Below are positions 35,620-44,681 of a stretch of DNA of 58,046 nucleotides, piece by piece. The stretch's first letter is position 1. Every line of letters begins with the position of its first letter. The position numbers and the translations under genes were made by a program. This DNA comes from an uncultured virus (IMG/VR IMGVR_UViG_3300006754_000007) (lineage: Duplodnaviria; Heunggongvirae; Uroviricota; Caudoviricetes). Under the pieces are notes generated by a model that did not search any database, was not told where the DNA came from, and worked only from the letters and a program-made list of their open reading frames with translations. The stretch lies in the IMG/VR virus record IMGVR_UViG_3300006754_000007; one strand, 5' to 3'.

Positions 35620-36537
35620 GTGAATCAAAAGTCCACCCTCTATTGGTCTACCCTCAAGCTATTCGAGGAGTGCCCCCAGAAGTTCTTGTGGACCAAGGGC
35701 TGGGGTGCCCTTGATGTTGGGGGAGGCCCCGGAGAAGGGAAGCCCATCCCGGTTCGTCGGTCACGGCACCATGCTGTGATGGGGATTGTCACGCAGTACG
35801 CTATCGAGCGCATGTACAACGATGAGCTATGGCGTGAGCCAGCCACCCTGAAGAACAGGCTCCTGGAGATTGTTGATTCAGAGTGGGAGCGCGAATCCTC
35901 CAAGGAGAGGAACTGGATCGATTACCGCGTGTCGGGGTCTTCCAGGTCTCTTCGTCAGGTGTGTCGAGACGGGGTCGCTGGGTATTTGCGGACCATGAAG
36001 GCGCACAAGTTCCTGGGTCCCTACGCCAAGGCTGAGGTCAACCTTGTTGGTTGGATTGACAAGTGGAACGCGGTTGGGGGGAGGGCCGACACCATTATCC
36101 GTCGGGAGGACACTGGAATCACCATCCTCGACGGCAAGAACACCAAGCACAAGATGCGGTACACGGACCCCGACCAGTTGCGGTGGTACGCGATGCTCTT
36201 CAAGCTCGCCTACAAGGTGATGCCGGATCGACTTGCTTACGTTTGGTTTAGATTTCCACATGGAGCCGAGGACGAGGAGGGGGAGCCTGAATCAGGTGTG
36301 GCGTGGGTCGAGTTCACCGAGGAGGACCTTCGTGGCTTGGCGCAGCGTGCCGTGGATGTGAAGAAGGGGATGCGTAAGGGGAAGTTTGCGCCTACGCCTT
36401 CCGCAACGGTGTGCAAGTTCTGCGACTTCGACACTGTTTGTGAGGCCCGAATGCAACAGAAAGCCAGCCGTAGCCGCAAGCCCAAGAAGATTGATGCCTT
36501 GACTGATGGTGGCGGTTTCGTGGACCTTTCCCTGTAG
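35620..36537 (+). CDS. PD-(D/E)XK exonuclease (RecB/Cas4-like, Fe-S cysteines)
   Basis: ECP, GRAD..ILDGK, QLRWY, CKFCDFDTVC. Confidence 0.85.
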   Translation: MNQKSTLYWSTLKLFEECPQKFLWTKGWGALDVGGGPGEGKPIPVRRSRHHAVMGIVTQYAIERMYNDELWREPATLKNRLLEIVDSEWERESSKERNWIDYRVSGSSRSLRQVCRDGVAGYLRTMKAHKFLGPYAKAEVNLVGWIDKWNAVGGRADTIIRREDTGITILDGKNTKHKMRYTDPDQLRWYAMLFKLAYKVMPDRLAYVWFRFPHGAEDEEGEPESGVAWVEFTEEDLRGLAQRAVDVKKGMRKGKFAPTPSATVCKFCDFDTVCEARMQQKASRSRKPKKIDALTDGGGFVDLSL

Positions 36538-36538
36538 G

Positions 36539-36567
36539 GGGGTCTTTTTCCTCTTCCCGATGGGTAC
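36539..36567 (+). promoter_or_regulatory. Putative middle promoter GGGGT-N18-GGGTAC
   Basis: Recurrent motif. Confidence 0.6.
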
Positions 36568-36587
36568 TTCTTTCTGGAGGTAGCCCC

Positions 36588-36857
36588 ATGGAAGAACTGG
36601 ACTCCCGACTCCAACAAGCGGTGGAAACACGCAATCAAATCGCCGCTGAAGTGCAGCGGGTTGCAGGCCGTCTGGATGCCGCTAAGACCACCCTTTCTGA
36701 AGTCGAGGAAGCTATCCAGGCGAAAGGGCTTGACCCTGATGCCTTGGATAAGGTCCTCAAAGACTTGGAGGAACGCTACGCCGATGGCGTGGCGTCCTTT
36801 GAGCAGGATATTGAAGAAGCCCGTACAGCCCTTACCCCCTATCTGGAGAACCCCTGA
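36588..36857 (+). CDS. Small coiled-coil protein
   Basis: GGAGG RBS; helical-hairpin pattern. Confidence 0.75.
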   Translation: MEELDSRLQQAVETRNQIAAEVQRVAGRLDAAKTTLSEVEEAIQAKGLDPDALDKVLKDLEERYADGVASFEQDIEEARTALTPYLENP

Positions 36858-37987
36858 TGAAGATTGAAGTCGCTAAAACGGACCTGGAGGTTGCTCTCCA
36901 GGTTGTTCGCCTTGTGGTTGGCACCACAGGAAATGACCTTTCCACCCACTACCTCTTTAGGGTGGGTCCAAACGCGGAAGCGGAGGTTCTTGCCTTTCAT
37001 CAGCGGCTGTTTTCCAGCACGGCTCTCAAGTGCAACGTGGAGGGGGATGAGGGGGACGCCTTCACGGTTGAAGCATGGCGGCTCGATAAGTGGTTGAACG
37101 GCGTTTCCGGGACCTCATTGACCTTGGAGTCAGGTGACGGGGGCAACGTCAATGCTTCGGGAGGGCGCAGCAAGATTCGCCTTCGGTCCCTGGACCCCAC
37201 CAAGTTCCCGTATTGGGACACCACCTTCTCGGAAGCAGAGGATGTGGGGTCTGTGTCGTCGGTGCAGCTTGCGGCGGCACTGGGCTACTCCAAGAGGTTT
37301 GTGGCGGCTGAGGACACCACCCGGCCTGCCATCAGTCAGGTAGAGGTGATTGACGGTGTTCTTTGGGCTTCCGACCGTCGGACAGTCTCCTTGGTTGAGG
37401 TGGACGGCTTGGAGAAGAGCAACCTTCGTGTTGCGGGAAAGGACTTGGGGACCCTCGCTCGGTTCTTGTCGCTCAAGGACTCTGGTTCAACTGGGCTGCT
37501 CCAGCATGACGCGGCGTTTTTCTTTGTCCGTGATGACGGGTCTCACTTGGGTGTGTCTCGTCCTCAAGCAGAGTTCCCTCTCCTCAAGGTTGATCGGGAG
37601 GCCGCAGATGAAGCTCTCTTCACGGTTTCTGCTGACGACCTGAGGTCCGCAGTGGCTGTTCTCTCTGCTTCTGCACCCAAGGACAACACCAATGTTCGGG
37701 TGCGTGCGAATGGAAAGGGTGTGGTTCTTTCCATGGCCTCCGAGGCAGGGGGAGACGATGAGTACCCGGTCGCGTGTAGCTCTATAGAGAACGCTGACGT
37801 GTTCACGGAGGAAGGCTTCGTGGTGGACTACCCTTACATCCTTGGGATCATCGACCACTTCGGTTTGGGTGACCTCAACCTTGGGGTCAACCGTCGAGGC
37901 AAGGGCGGCTACGTCGCATTTCGACACGCGGAGCAGTTCGGAACCTCTGACAGCAACTACCATACGGTCATGGTGTGGAGGGTTTGA
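36857..37987 (+). CDS. dnaN: DNA polymerase III beta sliding clamp (divergent)
   Basis: 376 aa; MKIEVAKTDLEVAL, LDPTKFP, EDTTRPAIS, ASDRRT, FP, VDYPYIL appear in clamp order. Confidence 0.8.
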   Translation: MKIEVAKTDLEVALQVVRLVVGTTGNDLSTHYLFRVGPNAEAEVLAFHQRLFSSTALKCNVEGDEGDAFTVEAWRLDKWLNGVSGTSLTLESGDGGNVNASGGRSKIRLRSLDPTKFPYWDTTFSEAEDVGSVSSVQLAAALGYSKRFVAAEDTTRPAISQVEVIDGVLWASDRRTVSLVEVDGLEKSNLRVAGKDLGTLARFLSLKDSGSTGLLQHDAAFFFVRDDGSHLGVSRPQAEFPLLKVDREAADEALFTVSADDLRSAVAVLSASAPKDNTNVRVRANGKGVVLSMASEAGGDDEYPVACSSIENADVFTEEGFVVDYPYILGIIDHFGLGDLNLGVNRRGKGGYVAFRHAEQFGTSDSNYHTVMVWRV

Positions 37988-38625
37988 CGGCCCTCAAAGA
38001 GGACGTTGCAGCCCTGAGCGCGGGTCTTTCTCGCGTCCAAGGCCGCAGGGATTCTGTGCGGGACCGCTTGGTAGCGGTGGAGTCCAACATTCTTGCCCTT
38101 GAAGAAGAGGGGGAGGTGTTGGACCGGGTTGCGGACTTGTTCAGGCTGCTCATTGACCAGGAGATTGCCAGCAACGCTCAAGCGGCAGAATCCCTTCTCA
38201 CTGAGGGGTTGCGTACTGTCTTTGATGACATGGACCTGTCTGTTCGGAGTGAGGTTGATGTTCAGCGAGGCCGTGTTTCCGTGAATCTGTTCACGGTGCA
38301 GCACCAACCTGATGGCACCATCACGGATGCCCCTTCCACTGAGGGTTACGGGGGATCGGTCGCCGCAGTCCAGTCCGTTCTCTTGCGGGTGGTTGTGATG
38401 CTTCGTCGGGGGATGCGACCCCTTTTGCTGTTGGACGAGTCTTTGGGCGCGGTGGCAGAGCACTATGTTCCTCGTGTGGGCCAGTTCCTCACCCTCTTGG
38501 CAGGTCGCGTGGGGATGGACATCCTGGCTGTTACCCACAACCCAGTTTTGGTGGAGGCGGCAAATCGGGCGTACCGCATCAAGAAGGCGTCCGGGGCAGC
38601 CGTCTTTGAAGAGGTTCGCACATGA
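37975..38625 (+). CDS. SbcC/Rad50-like ATPase, C-terminal half
   Basis: Short coil, signature-like YGGS, Walker B LLLLDES, H-loop VTH; no Walker A. Confidence 0.82.
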   Translation: MEGLTALKEDVAALSAGLSRVQGRRDSVRDRLVAVESNILALEEEGEVLDRVADLFRLLIDQEIASNAQAAESLLTEGLRTVFDDMDLSVRSEVDVQRGRVSVNLFTVQHQPDGTITDAPSTEGYGGSVAAVQSVLLRVVVMLRRGMRPLLLLDESLGAVAEHYVPRVGQFLTLLAGRVGMDILAVTHNPVLVEAANRAYRIKKASGAAVFEEVRT

Positions 38626-39158
38626 GAACCTCAGGCGAGGTGCTTCAGAAGCTCAAGCAGTTGCGCTTCCGTCACATCAAGCGGGTCTTGAAGAAGGCTT
38701 TGCGGGTGGCTCCTTCAACGTGTGCCCACAACCGGATGGTGGAAATCCCCGCCTCGAACGAGCGTGTCGGTTTGTGTTGTTGTCCTGGGTTGGTGCTTGG
38801 AGTGTGTGACGATATTCTGGGAGATCGGTCAGGGGGGTGTTCCTCCTGGGAGGGCCGACACTCGAAGGAGGAACTGAAGGAGGAACTGAAGAGCACCTTT
38901 GACTCAGCCCCCGCCTCTGAGCTTTCTCGCCTCTACCCGGATGTTGCTACCCTGATGTGGGTGCTTTCCGATTCGGATGCCCCTCGTGACTCACTGATGC
39001 CTGGGGCTACCTTGGTAGGCTCTCTTGGCGGGGTCCCTATTTGGGCCGACACTCCTGACGAAGCCCATGCAGCCCAAGCTACCCTGGACCTCTTGACGAG
39101 CAATGTCCAACAGACAGAGGACCCTATTCCTTGGTTTCGGCGGGTGCTCCCGTGGTGA
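38622..39158 (+). CDS. Hypothetical Cys-containing protein
   Basis: ATGA overlap; CAHN..CCC..C..C. Confidence 0.7.
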   Translation: MRTSGEVLQKLKQLRFRHIKRVLKKALRVAPSTCAHNRMVEIPASNERVGLCCCPGLVLGVCDDILGDRSGGCSSWEGRHSKEELKEELKSTFDSAPASELSRLYPDVATLMWVLSDSDAPRDSLMPGATLVGSLGGVPIWADTPDEAHAAQATLDLLTSNVQQTEDPIPWFRRVLPW

Positions 39159-39682
39159 TGCTTACCGAGGTTGTTCCTTATGACATGGGGAAGAAGACGC
39201 CTCTTATGGTGGAAGTTCCGGTTGATAGGGACCTCGCTCCTTACTTGGTGACTTCTACCAAGGCATCTTTATGGATAGAGCGCCCTCACCCTAACAACTG
39301 CGTGCGAGCGGCTGTGTGTGCTGGCGACATGGGCGAACACTGTCAGTTGTTGGTGCAAGAGATTGCCTTGAAGGGGGACGCTGAGGGGTGGGGTAACTGT
39401 CAATCGCTTACTCCTGAGGGGGTGAAGGCAGCCCTCCAACACCTCGACTACTACGGCTTTTCGGATGTGGAGGTGCTTTTCTCCACGACCACCAAAACTG
39501 TGGGGGTGCCTGAGGGCGTTCCTGTTGGTGAGGCCCTCTGGGTTCCACCTGGATGGGCTGTCGTGGTTCCTGTTGACCGGGGGTTCGTGGGAACCACTCT
39601 TCGATTCAAAGAGGATCGTCTGGCGACTGTGGTTCACAATGCTGCCCGTGCCGTGGTCGTGTTGATCGGAGAGGCCCAGTGA
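39158..39682 (+). CDS. Hypothetical protein
   Basis: TGATG coupling. Confidence 0.7.
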   Translation: MLTEVVPYDMGKKTPLMVEVPVDRDLAPYLVTSTKASLWIERPHPNNCVRAAVCAGDMGEHCQLLVQEIALKGDAEGWGNCQSLTPEGVKAALQHLDYYGFSDVEVLFSTTTKTVGVPEGVPVGEALWVPPGWAVVVPVDRGFVGTTLRFKEDRLATVVHNAARAVVVLIGEAQ

Positions 39683-40389
39683 GGAAGTGGCTCACAGAAG
39701 CTACTTCTCAGGCTGCCTCAAATCTGACTACTGAAGCAGAGGGCTACGTTTTAGGGCGTGGGATTCCGGCCCCGCTGATGTCTGACATCGGGATTGGCGT
39801 GTGGCAGGCTCCCGGTTCCCGTTCCCCTGATTCCTCTTTTAGAGGGTGGACCGGAGCCTTGGTCATCCCCACCTACTCGCCCCGGCAGCAGTTGGTCGGG
39901 GTGGAGTTTCGATCTTGGGTGCGGGGGGCTGCCAAGGCTGTCAAGAAGTACCACCTCCCTGAAGCAGCGTGGATTCCCACGTTTATTGGCCTGACGGACT
40001 CTGCTTTTCGGCGTATCTGGGACGGCGGGGATGTCTGGATAGTGGAGGGGGTTTTTGATTTGGCCCTTGCCCATGTCGTCCCGTCCCAGGATGTCGTGTT
40101 GGCATCAGCAGGTGCTGCTCTTCGGAAGAAGCACCTCCGGTTCTTACAGCGGTACGTTTCTTCGGCGGCATGTGTCCATCTGGTTTTCGATGAGGACGAG
40201 ACAGGTAGAAAGCAGGCCACAGGATTCACAGATGATCGCAGCGGAAAGTGGGTACCGGGGGTTCCTCAGCGTCTTGAGCGGGTAGGAGTACGTTGTCGGG
40301 ACGTGCGCTATCGAGGCGGTAAAGATCCCGGCGAGGTATGGGACAGGGGCGGTAAAGCCTCCCTTTCTCGGACGTTCAACTTGAAGTAG
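39679..40389 (+). CDS. DnaG-like primase catalytic/TOPRIM domain, lacking the zinc-binding domain
   Basis: YVLGRGI, LVIP..VGVEFR, KKY, IVEGVFD, FDEDETG, KDPGE. Confidence 0.8.
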   Translation: MRKWLTEATSQAASNLTTEAEGYVLGRGIPAPLMSDIGIGVWQAPGSRSPDSSFRGWTGALVIPTYSPRQQLVGVEFRSWVRGAAKAVKKYHLPEAAWIPTFIGLTDSAFRRIWDGGDVWIVEGVFDLALAHVVPSQDVVLASAGAALRKKHLRFLQRYVSSAACVHLVFDEDETGRKQATGFTDDRSGKWVPGVPQRLERVGVRCRDVRYRGGKDPGEVWDRGGKASLSRTFNLK

Positions 40390-40401
40390 GAGAACATCGA
40401 C

Positions 40402-40959
40402 ATGGCCGTTGAATACTGGAAAGCCAGACAGGAAATCCACGACACAATCCTGGCGCTGATCGGGCAGAATCACCCCGATCTTGCTCTTGTGTCTGACGAG
40501 ATCGTTGCTGTCTTCAGGGAGAAGGCGGGGAAGACCGGGGGTCAGGTAGTCCTTGGCTCCTCGAAGAAGGTCGCCCCTTTGGCAAATGCGCTCGCAGGGG
40601 AGAGCTTCAAGTTCGTCCTGGAGCTTGCTGCCGACCAATGGGAGCACGAACTGACCTCGAAGCAGAAGGAGGCCCTTCTGGACCACCTTTTGACTGCTTG
40701 TCGGTGCGAAGAAGACCCCAAGAGCGGCGACCTCAAGTGTACGGTCGCCAAGCCCGACATCATGGCTTTCCGTGAGAACGTCGAGCGGTACGGGATGTGG
40801 TTCCCGACCGAGGAGGGCGAAAGTGCCCCCTCCCCTGTGGACGAGATGTTCGGGGAAGAAGAGCCGACATCGGCAGAGGCCCCGTCAGATGTGGACGAGA
40901 TCCTCGATGACCTTTTGGAGCCGGAACACGAGGCGGTCGATCATCTTGGTGGGGAATAG
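40402..40959 (+). CDS. Phage metallopeptidase-like protein, probably degenerate
   Basis: W..LT..QKEALLDH..PDI..F...VERYG; acidic tail. Confidence 0.6.
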   Translation: MAVEYWKARQEIHDTILALIGQNHPDLALVSDEIVAVFREKAGKTGGQVVLGSSKKVAPLANALAGESFKFVLELAADQWEHELTSKQKEALLDHLLTACRCEEDPKSGDLKCTVAKPDIMAFRENVERYGMWFPTEEGESAPSPVDEMFGEEEPTSAEAPSDVDEILDDLLEPEHEAVDHLGGE

Positions 40960-40961
40960 GC

Positions 40962-41330
40962 ATGTGGGGGTTGGAAACCATCAGGCAGATCAACGAGGAA
41001 GCAGCTACCGCAGCCAGGGGTGATGGGAATGCTCCTTACTGCATTGGCGTGGCCGATTCCCTGGATGAGTGGCCGCCGTTTCCTTTCCCTCACCTGGGCT
41101 ATGCCTGCGATGACGTTGACCAGGAACATGATCGCCTGGACACCTGCCTCGTAGACCGTTCAGGGTTCGGGGCTGAGGACGAGCCTGCCTTGACGGCTCT
41201 GGCCTTCAGGAACCGTCTGGGCACCCTCCGAGAGCAGCACGGTGCCCTTATGGTGGCCCTTGAGGAGATAGGCCAGTTCCAGGTCTACATCGCCATCTGG
41301 AAGGGGCAGGAGAAGGTGGATGGCCTTTGA
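40962..41330 (+). CDS. Hypothetical protein
   Basis: 122-aa ORF within the operon. Confidence 0.7.
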   Translation: MWGLETIRQINEEAATAARGDGNAPYCIGVADSLDEWPPFPFPHLGYACDDVDQEHDRLDTCLVDRSGFGAEDEPALTALAFRNRLGTLREQHGALMVALEEIGQFQVYIAIWKGQEKVDGL

Positions 41331-42735
41331 CACTAAGTACCGTCCTGCCTCTTACTCGGAGGTTCTGGGTCAGCAGGCAACCGTAGAGGTGCTCCAGCAG
41401 TTTGTTCGGGAGGGAAAGGGCTTCCATCAGTCCTACGTTTTCTGTGGGCAGCATGGGTCCGGCAAGACAACGCTGGGACGTATCCTTGCTCGTGCGTTGC
41501 TGTGTGAGGCACCTAACGACGGGAACCCTTGTGACACCTGCACCTCCTGTTCTTCGATCATCGACAAGGGTGTTTCGGAGTGTTTTGTTGAGCTTGATGC
41601 AGCCACAAAGTCAGGCAAGGCTGATGTAGCCAAAATCATCGAGGACATCAGCTATTCCACTTTTAGCGGGAAGCGGGGCATCTACCTCTTTGATGAAGCT
41701 CATCGCCTCTCCAAGCAGGCTCTTGATGCGTTGCTGAAGCCCATGGAGGACTGTGTCCTGGGCACCGAGGACAAGCAGTTGGTGTGCATCTTCGCCACCA
41801 CAGAGCCAGAGAAGATGCGCTCCACCATCTTCTCTCGATGTGCTCCCGCTTTTGTGATTCGGAAGGTGGACCCTGCGACGATTGCCAAACGGTTGAGACA
41901 GGTGTGTGATCAAGAGGGGGTGGAGCACGAGGACTCAGCCCTGGACCTGATTGCCGCACGCAGTGAGAGCCATATTCGGGACGCCCTCAAAATGGTTGAG
42001 GGCATCTCCATGCTGGGGCCGCTGACTCAGGAGGCGGTTTCCTCGTACATGCGGTTGGATACAAACCAGTTGGTTTGGGACATCCTTCACCAGATCAAGG
42101 AGGACCTCCCTATGGCAGTGCTGTCGGCGCATACGTTGGTGACAGAGGTGTCTCCTTCCATTGCATATGAGCGCCTCGCGGAAGCTGCTTTGCTTGCCTA
42201 CGAGACGACTTTGGGGGTGTCTAAGATCCCCTTGTATTGGGATGCTGAAAAGGTTGAGGCCGCATCCACCTCTCTTGGAGAGAGCTTATTGTTGATTGCG
42301 GAGATTTTTGCGGCCTCCCCACGTCGTCCCACGAGCCGTTCACTGGTGCTGGACCTTGCACGGGTCCACCATGGGATGGGGAATCCCCTTTCAGTTCCAG
42401 CACCTTTTTCCACGCCCTCTCGTCTTGTCGAGGCCGTGGCTCCTGGGAAGCCACCAGCCAATCAAGACTTGTCTGTGTCAAGGGCGGGTAGTGTTCATCA
42501 GGACAAGACCCAGCGTGCAACCCATACCACCAACTCAGGCGTTTTCATTGATCCCCGTGCCATCGGGAAAGGCACCGGAGTGGGTAAGGGGCGGCCCTCA
42601 AAGGGGAAACCTGACACCCCTGAGGCAGGGGCTTTGGACCCCGAAGTCTTCCATGCCATCCTCCACCTGCGCCTTGCAGAGTTGAGGCGGGATCGTGGCA
42701 GACTTCCGGGACGAGCTAACGTGGGTGGTTCTTGA
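41320..42735 (+). CDS. dnaX: DNA polymerase III gamma/tau clamp-loader ATPase
   Basis: KYRP..EVLGQ, GSGKTT, C4 zinc finger, ELDAA, FDEAH, ALLK, TIFSRC. Confidence 0.93.
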   Translation: MAFDTKYRPASYSEVLGQQATVEVLQQFVREGKGFHQSYVFCGQHGSGKTTLGRILARALLCEAPNDGNPCDTCTSCSSIIDKGVSECFVELDAATKSGKADVAKIIEDISYSTFSGKRGIYLFDEAHRLSKQALDALLKPMEDCVLGTEDKQLVCIFATTEPEKMRSTIFSRCAPAFVIRKVDPATIAKRLRQVCDQEGVEHEDSALDLIAARSESHIRDALKMVEGISMLGPLTQEAVSSYMRLDTNQLVWDILHQIKEDLPMAVLSAHTLVTEVSPSIAYERLAEAALLAYETTLGVSKIPLYWDAEKVEAASTSLGESLLLIAEIFAASPRRPTSRSLVLDLARVHHGMGNPLSVPAPFSTPSRLVEAVAPGKPPANQDLSVSRAGSVHQDKTQRATHTTNSGVFIDPRAIGKGTGVGKGRPSKGKPDTPEAGALDPEVFHAILHLRLAELRRDRGRLPGRANVGGS

Positions 42736-43240
42736 GCTAACAAGGCTCGGGGAGCAGAAGGCTGAGGAGGGGTGTCTCCCAGGACTTTTACAGGATGCCC
42801 TCAAGGTGGGATCTGACCACTCCGTTTTTGTGCCTTGTGTGGTTTACGAGAGAGATGGCGCTCGGATTGTCTTGAACATGATGGAGGGCTACGTCTTCAT
42901 AGCCGCAGGACTTTCCGAAAGTTCTTACCTCGCCTTGGAACACGAATGCCCCTACATCCGGCAGGTGTTGTGTCACCGCCAACGTGGGGGTGTGCCTGTC
43001 TTATCCACGATTCCCGATTCAAATCTTGACGAGATACGGGGTGGCCTTCGTAAGATGATTGCGGTGGAGATCGAGACGGGTATGCAAGTTGAGGTCGTGG
43101 ACGGACCATACGCCGGGTTATCCGGTAACGTGGTACAGCTTGAAGGGGACAATGCCCATGTCTACATGGAGATGAGGTCCCTCAAAGCGATACGGTCAAT
43201 CCCCAGGACGGTTCTTCGTCCCAAAACAGCTAACGGGTAG
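42695..43240 (+). CDS. NusG/RfaH-like transcription factor
   Basis: NGN-like WVVL..VFVP..MMEGYVFI and KOW GMQVEVVDGPYAGLSGNV. Confidence 0.82.
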   Translation: MADFRDELTWVVLELTRLGEQKAEEGCLPGLLQDALKVGSDHSVFVPCVVYERDGARIVLNMMEGYVFIAAGLSESSYLALEHECPYIRQVLCHRQRGGVPVLSTIPDSNLDEIRGGLRKMIAVEIETGMQVEVVDGPYAGLSGNVVQLEGDNAHVYMEMRSLKAIRSIPRTVLRPKTANG

Positions 43241-43246
43241 GTAGGG

Positions 43247-43861
43247 ATGTCGAGTAACTATTGGTGTGGGCACAAGATTTTGGATCCTCAAGACATGGAG
43301 CGTCAGTTCTCCACGGAGGATGGCCTCGCCTACCTCGACTGTACTGGAACAGAGCACATGAGCGGGGAGCGCACAGCCCAGTTGGGGCTGGTCCGCGCCG
43401 TTCTGGACAACATCCCCCCAAGGGAAGCAGATTTTGTGGAGTTGTACTTCTTCAAGCGTGTGCGCCAGACAGCAATCGCAGACATCTTCAATGTCAGCCA
43501 GCCGACGGTGTGCTACCGACTTCAACGGGCGGCTGCTCGGATCAAGTACCTGTTGGGGCTTCCTGAGTACGACGTAGCCCAGATGCGAAAAGACCTTGCA
43601 GGGGTTCTTGGGGACCCTATTGACGTGGATGTGATGCTGGGGATGGTTGAAACCACCTGTCAGAGTGAGGTTGCTAAACGCATGGGGGTTTCCCAAGGCT
43701 TTGTGCGGCACCGTTTCCTGCGAACCATCGCTGCTTTGGAGAAGCTGCCGAGGATGTCAGCCTATGTGGACGTCTTCAAGCATGTTTCCCAAAACCTCAA
43801 CATTCTCCGAGAGGTGCAGCGAGCCAAGTGGTCTGAGCCGGTGATTTACTTGGTCTCCTGA
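43247..43861 (+). CDS. Tandem sigma70 region-4-like HTH protein
   Basis: IPPREADFVELYF..QTAIADIFNVSQPTVCYRLQRA and QSEVAKRMGVSQGFVRHR. Confidence 0.75.
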   Translation: MSSNYWCGHKILDPQDMERQFSTEDGLAYLDCTGTEHMSGERTAQLGLVRAVLDNIPPREADFVELYFFKRVRQTAIADIFNVSQPTVCYRLQRAAARIKYLLGLPEYDVAQMRKDLAGVLGDPIDVDVMLGMVETTCQSEVAKRMGVSQGFVRHRFLRTIAALEKLPRMSAYVDVFKHVSQNLNILREVQRAKWSEPVIYLVS

Positions 43862-43864
43862 TCT

Positions 43865-43879
43865 CGGTGGTCCTCTTAT
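43865..43879 (+). promoter_or_regulatory. Putative late promoter CGGTGGTCCTCTTAT
   Basis: One mismatch to the consensus, at the boundary between replication and structural genes. Confidence 0.6.
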
Positions 43880-43922
43880 TGAGCATGTCCCGTGAAGGGC
43901 TTGTTCCTTCGGAGGACACGAT

Positions 43923-44237
43923 ATGCCTAAACCCAAGCCTTCCCATCGTCGTGTGGCGATGGCTAAGCGCCTTGCTCGACGCTGGGTCGAGGCCAACGTG
44001 CGCCCGGAGTATCGGGTCACGGTCTACATGGGTCCCAAAGGACTCCGAAACCTTCCTGGACTGCTGCGATCTTTCCGGGACGGCAAACTCAAGGTTGGCT
44101 CTGTAGATCCGGTCACGGACCTTGGGATCAAGGCTGGGTTTGACCATGTCGAAGTCTGGTCTGCCGACCGTAAGGGCCTTGTCGCCTTGGACTCTTGGTT
44201 GCGCGAAGTGGGCTGCGAAACCACTGGCGTCTGGTAG
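43923..44237 (+). CDS. Hypothetical late protein
   Basis: GGAGG RBS; leader RRVAMAKRLARRW. Confidence 0.75.
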   Translation: MPKPKPSHRRVAMAKRLARRWVEANVRPEYRVTVYMGPKGLRNLPGLLRSFRDGKLKVGSVDPVTDLGIKAGFDHVEVWSADRKGLVALDSWLREVGCETTGVW

Positions 44238-44245
44238 GAGGACCG

Positions 44246-44674
44246 ATGGCTCTCGCATTGGCGCTTTCTGAGTTCAGCTATACGTCTGGGTCTGCCAGCG
44301 ATCAGTTCCTCTTTACCGTGGTCTCTGATTCGCAGGGCAACCTGTCAGTGCGGGACATTCAAAACGCCTATGGGATGGTCGTCAGCCCCTATGGTCGGAT
44401 TCCCAAGTCAGTTGAAGACGACATCCACAGCGCCATCTCTCAAGTGGAGGCCATCATGGCTGCGACCTCAGCGGTGAACGGTACTCTGACGTTCACAGAT
44501 TCCCACGAGGAAACCTTTACCTTTACCGATGCCATGACCAGCGCAACCTATCGGGTTCAGCTTTCGAGCGATGCCTTTGTTCCTCTTCGGATCAGCGCCC
44601 AAAGCACCACCACTTTTACCGTCCAAGCCGGGGCTGACTTCACAGGCACCATCGGCTTTGACGTGTTCGTATGA
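44246..44674 (+). CDS. Putative fiber-associated structural protein
   Basis: AGGAGG RBS; Thr/Ser-rich; C-terminal domain similar to the C-terminus of 45414..46991. Confidence 0.7.
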   Translation: MALALALSEFSYTSGSASDQFLFTVVSDSQGNLSVRDIQNAYGMVVSPYGRIPKSVEDDIHSAISQVEAIMAATSAVNGTLTFTDSHEETFTFTDAMTSATYRVQLSSDAFVPLRISAQSTTTFTVQAGADFTGTIGFDVFV

Positions 44675-44681
44675 GGCCCTC

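Noticed and set aside
35620..36537. Cas4-like nuclease as part of a CRISPR system
   Set aside because: No repeat-spacer array or other cas genes are visible; stand-alone PD-(D/E)XK nucleases are common in phage recombination modules.
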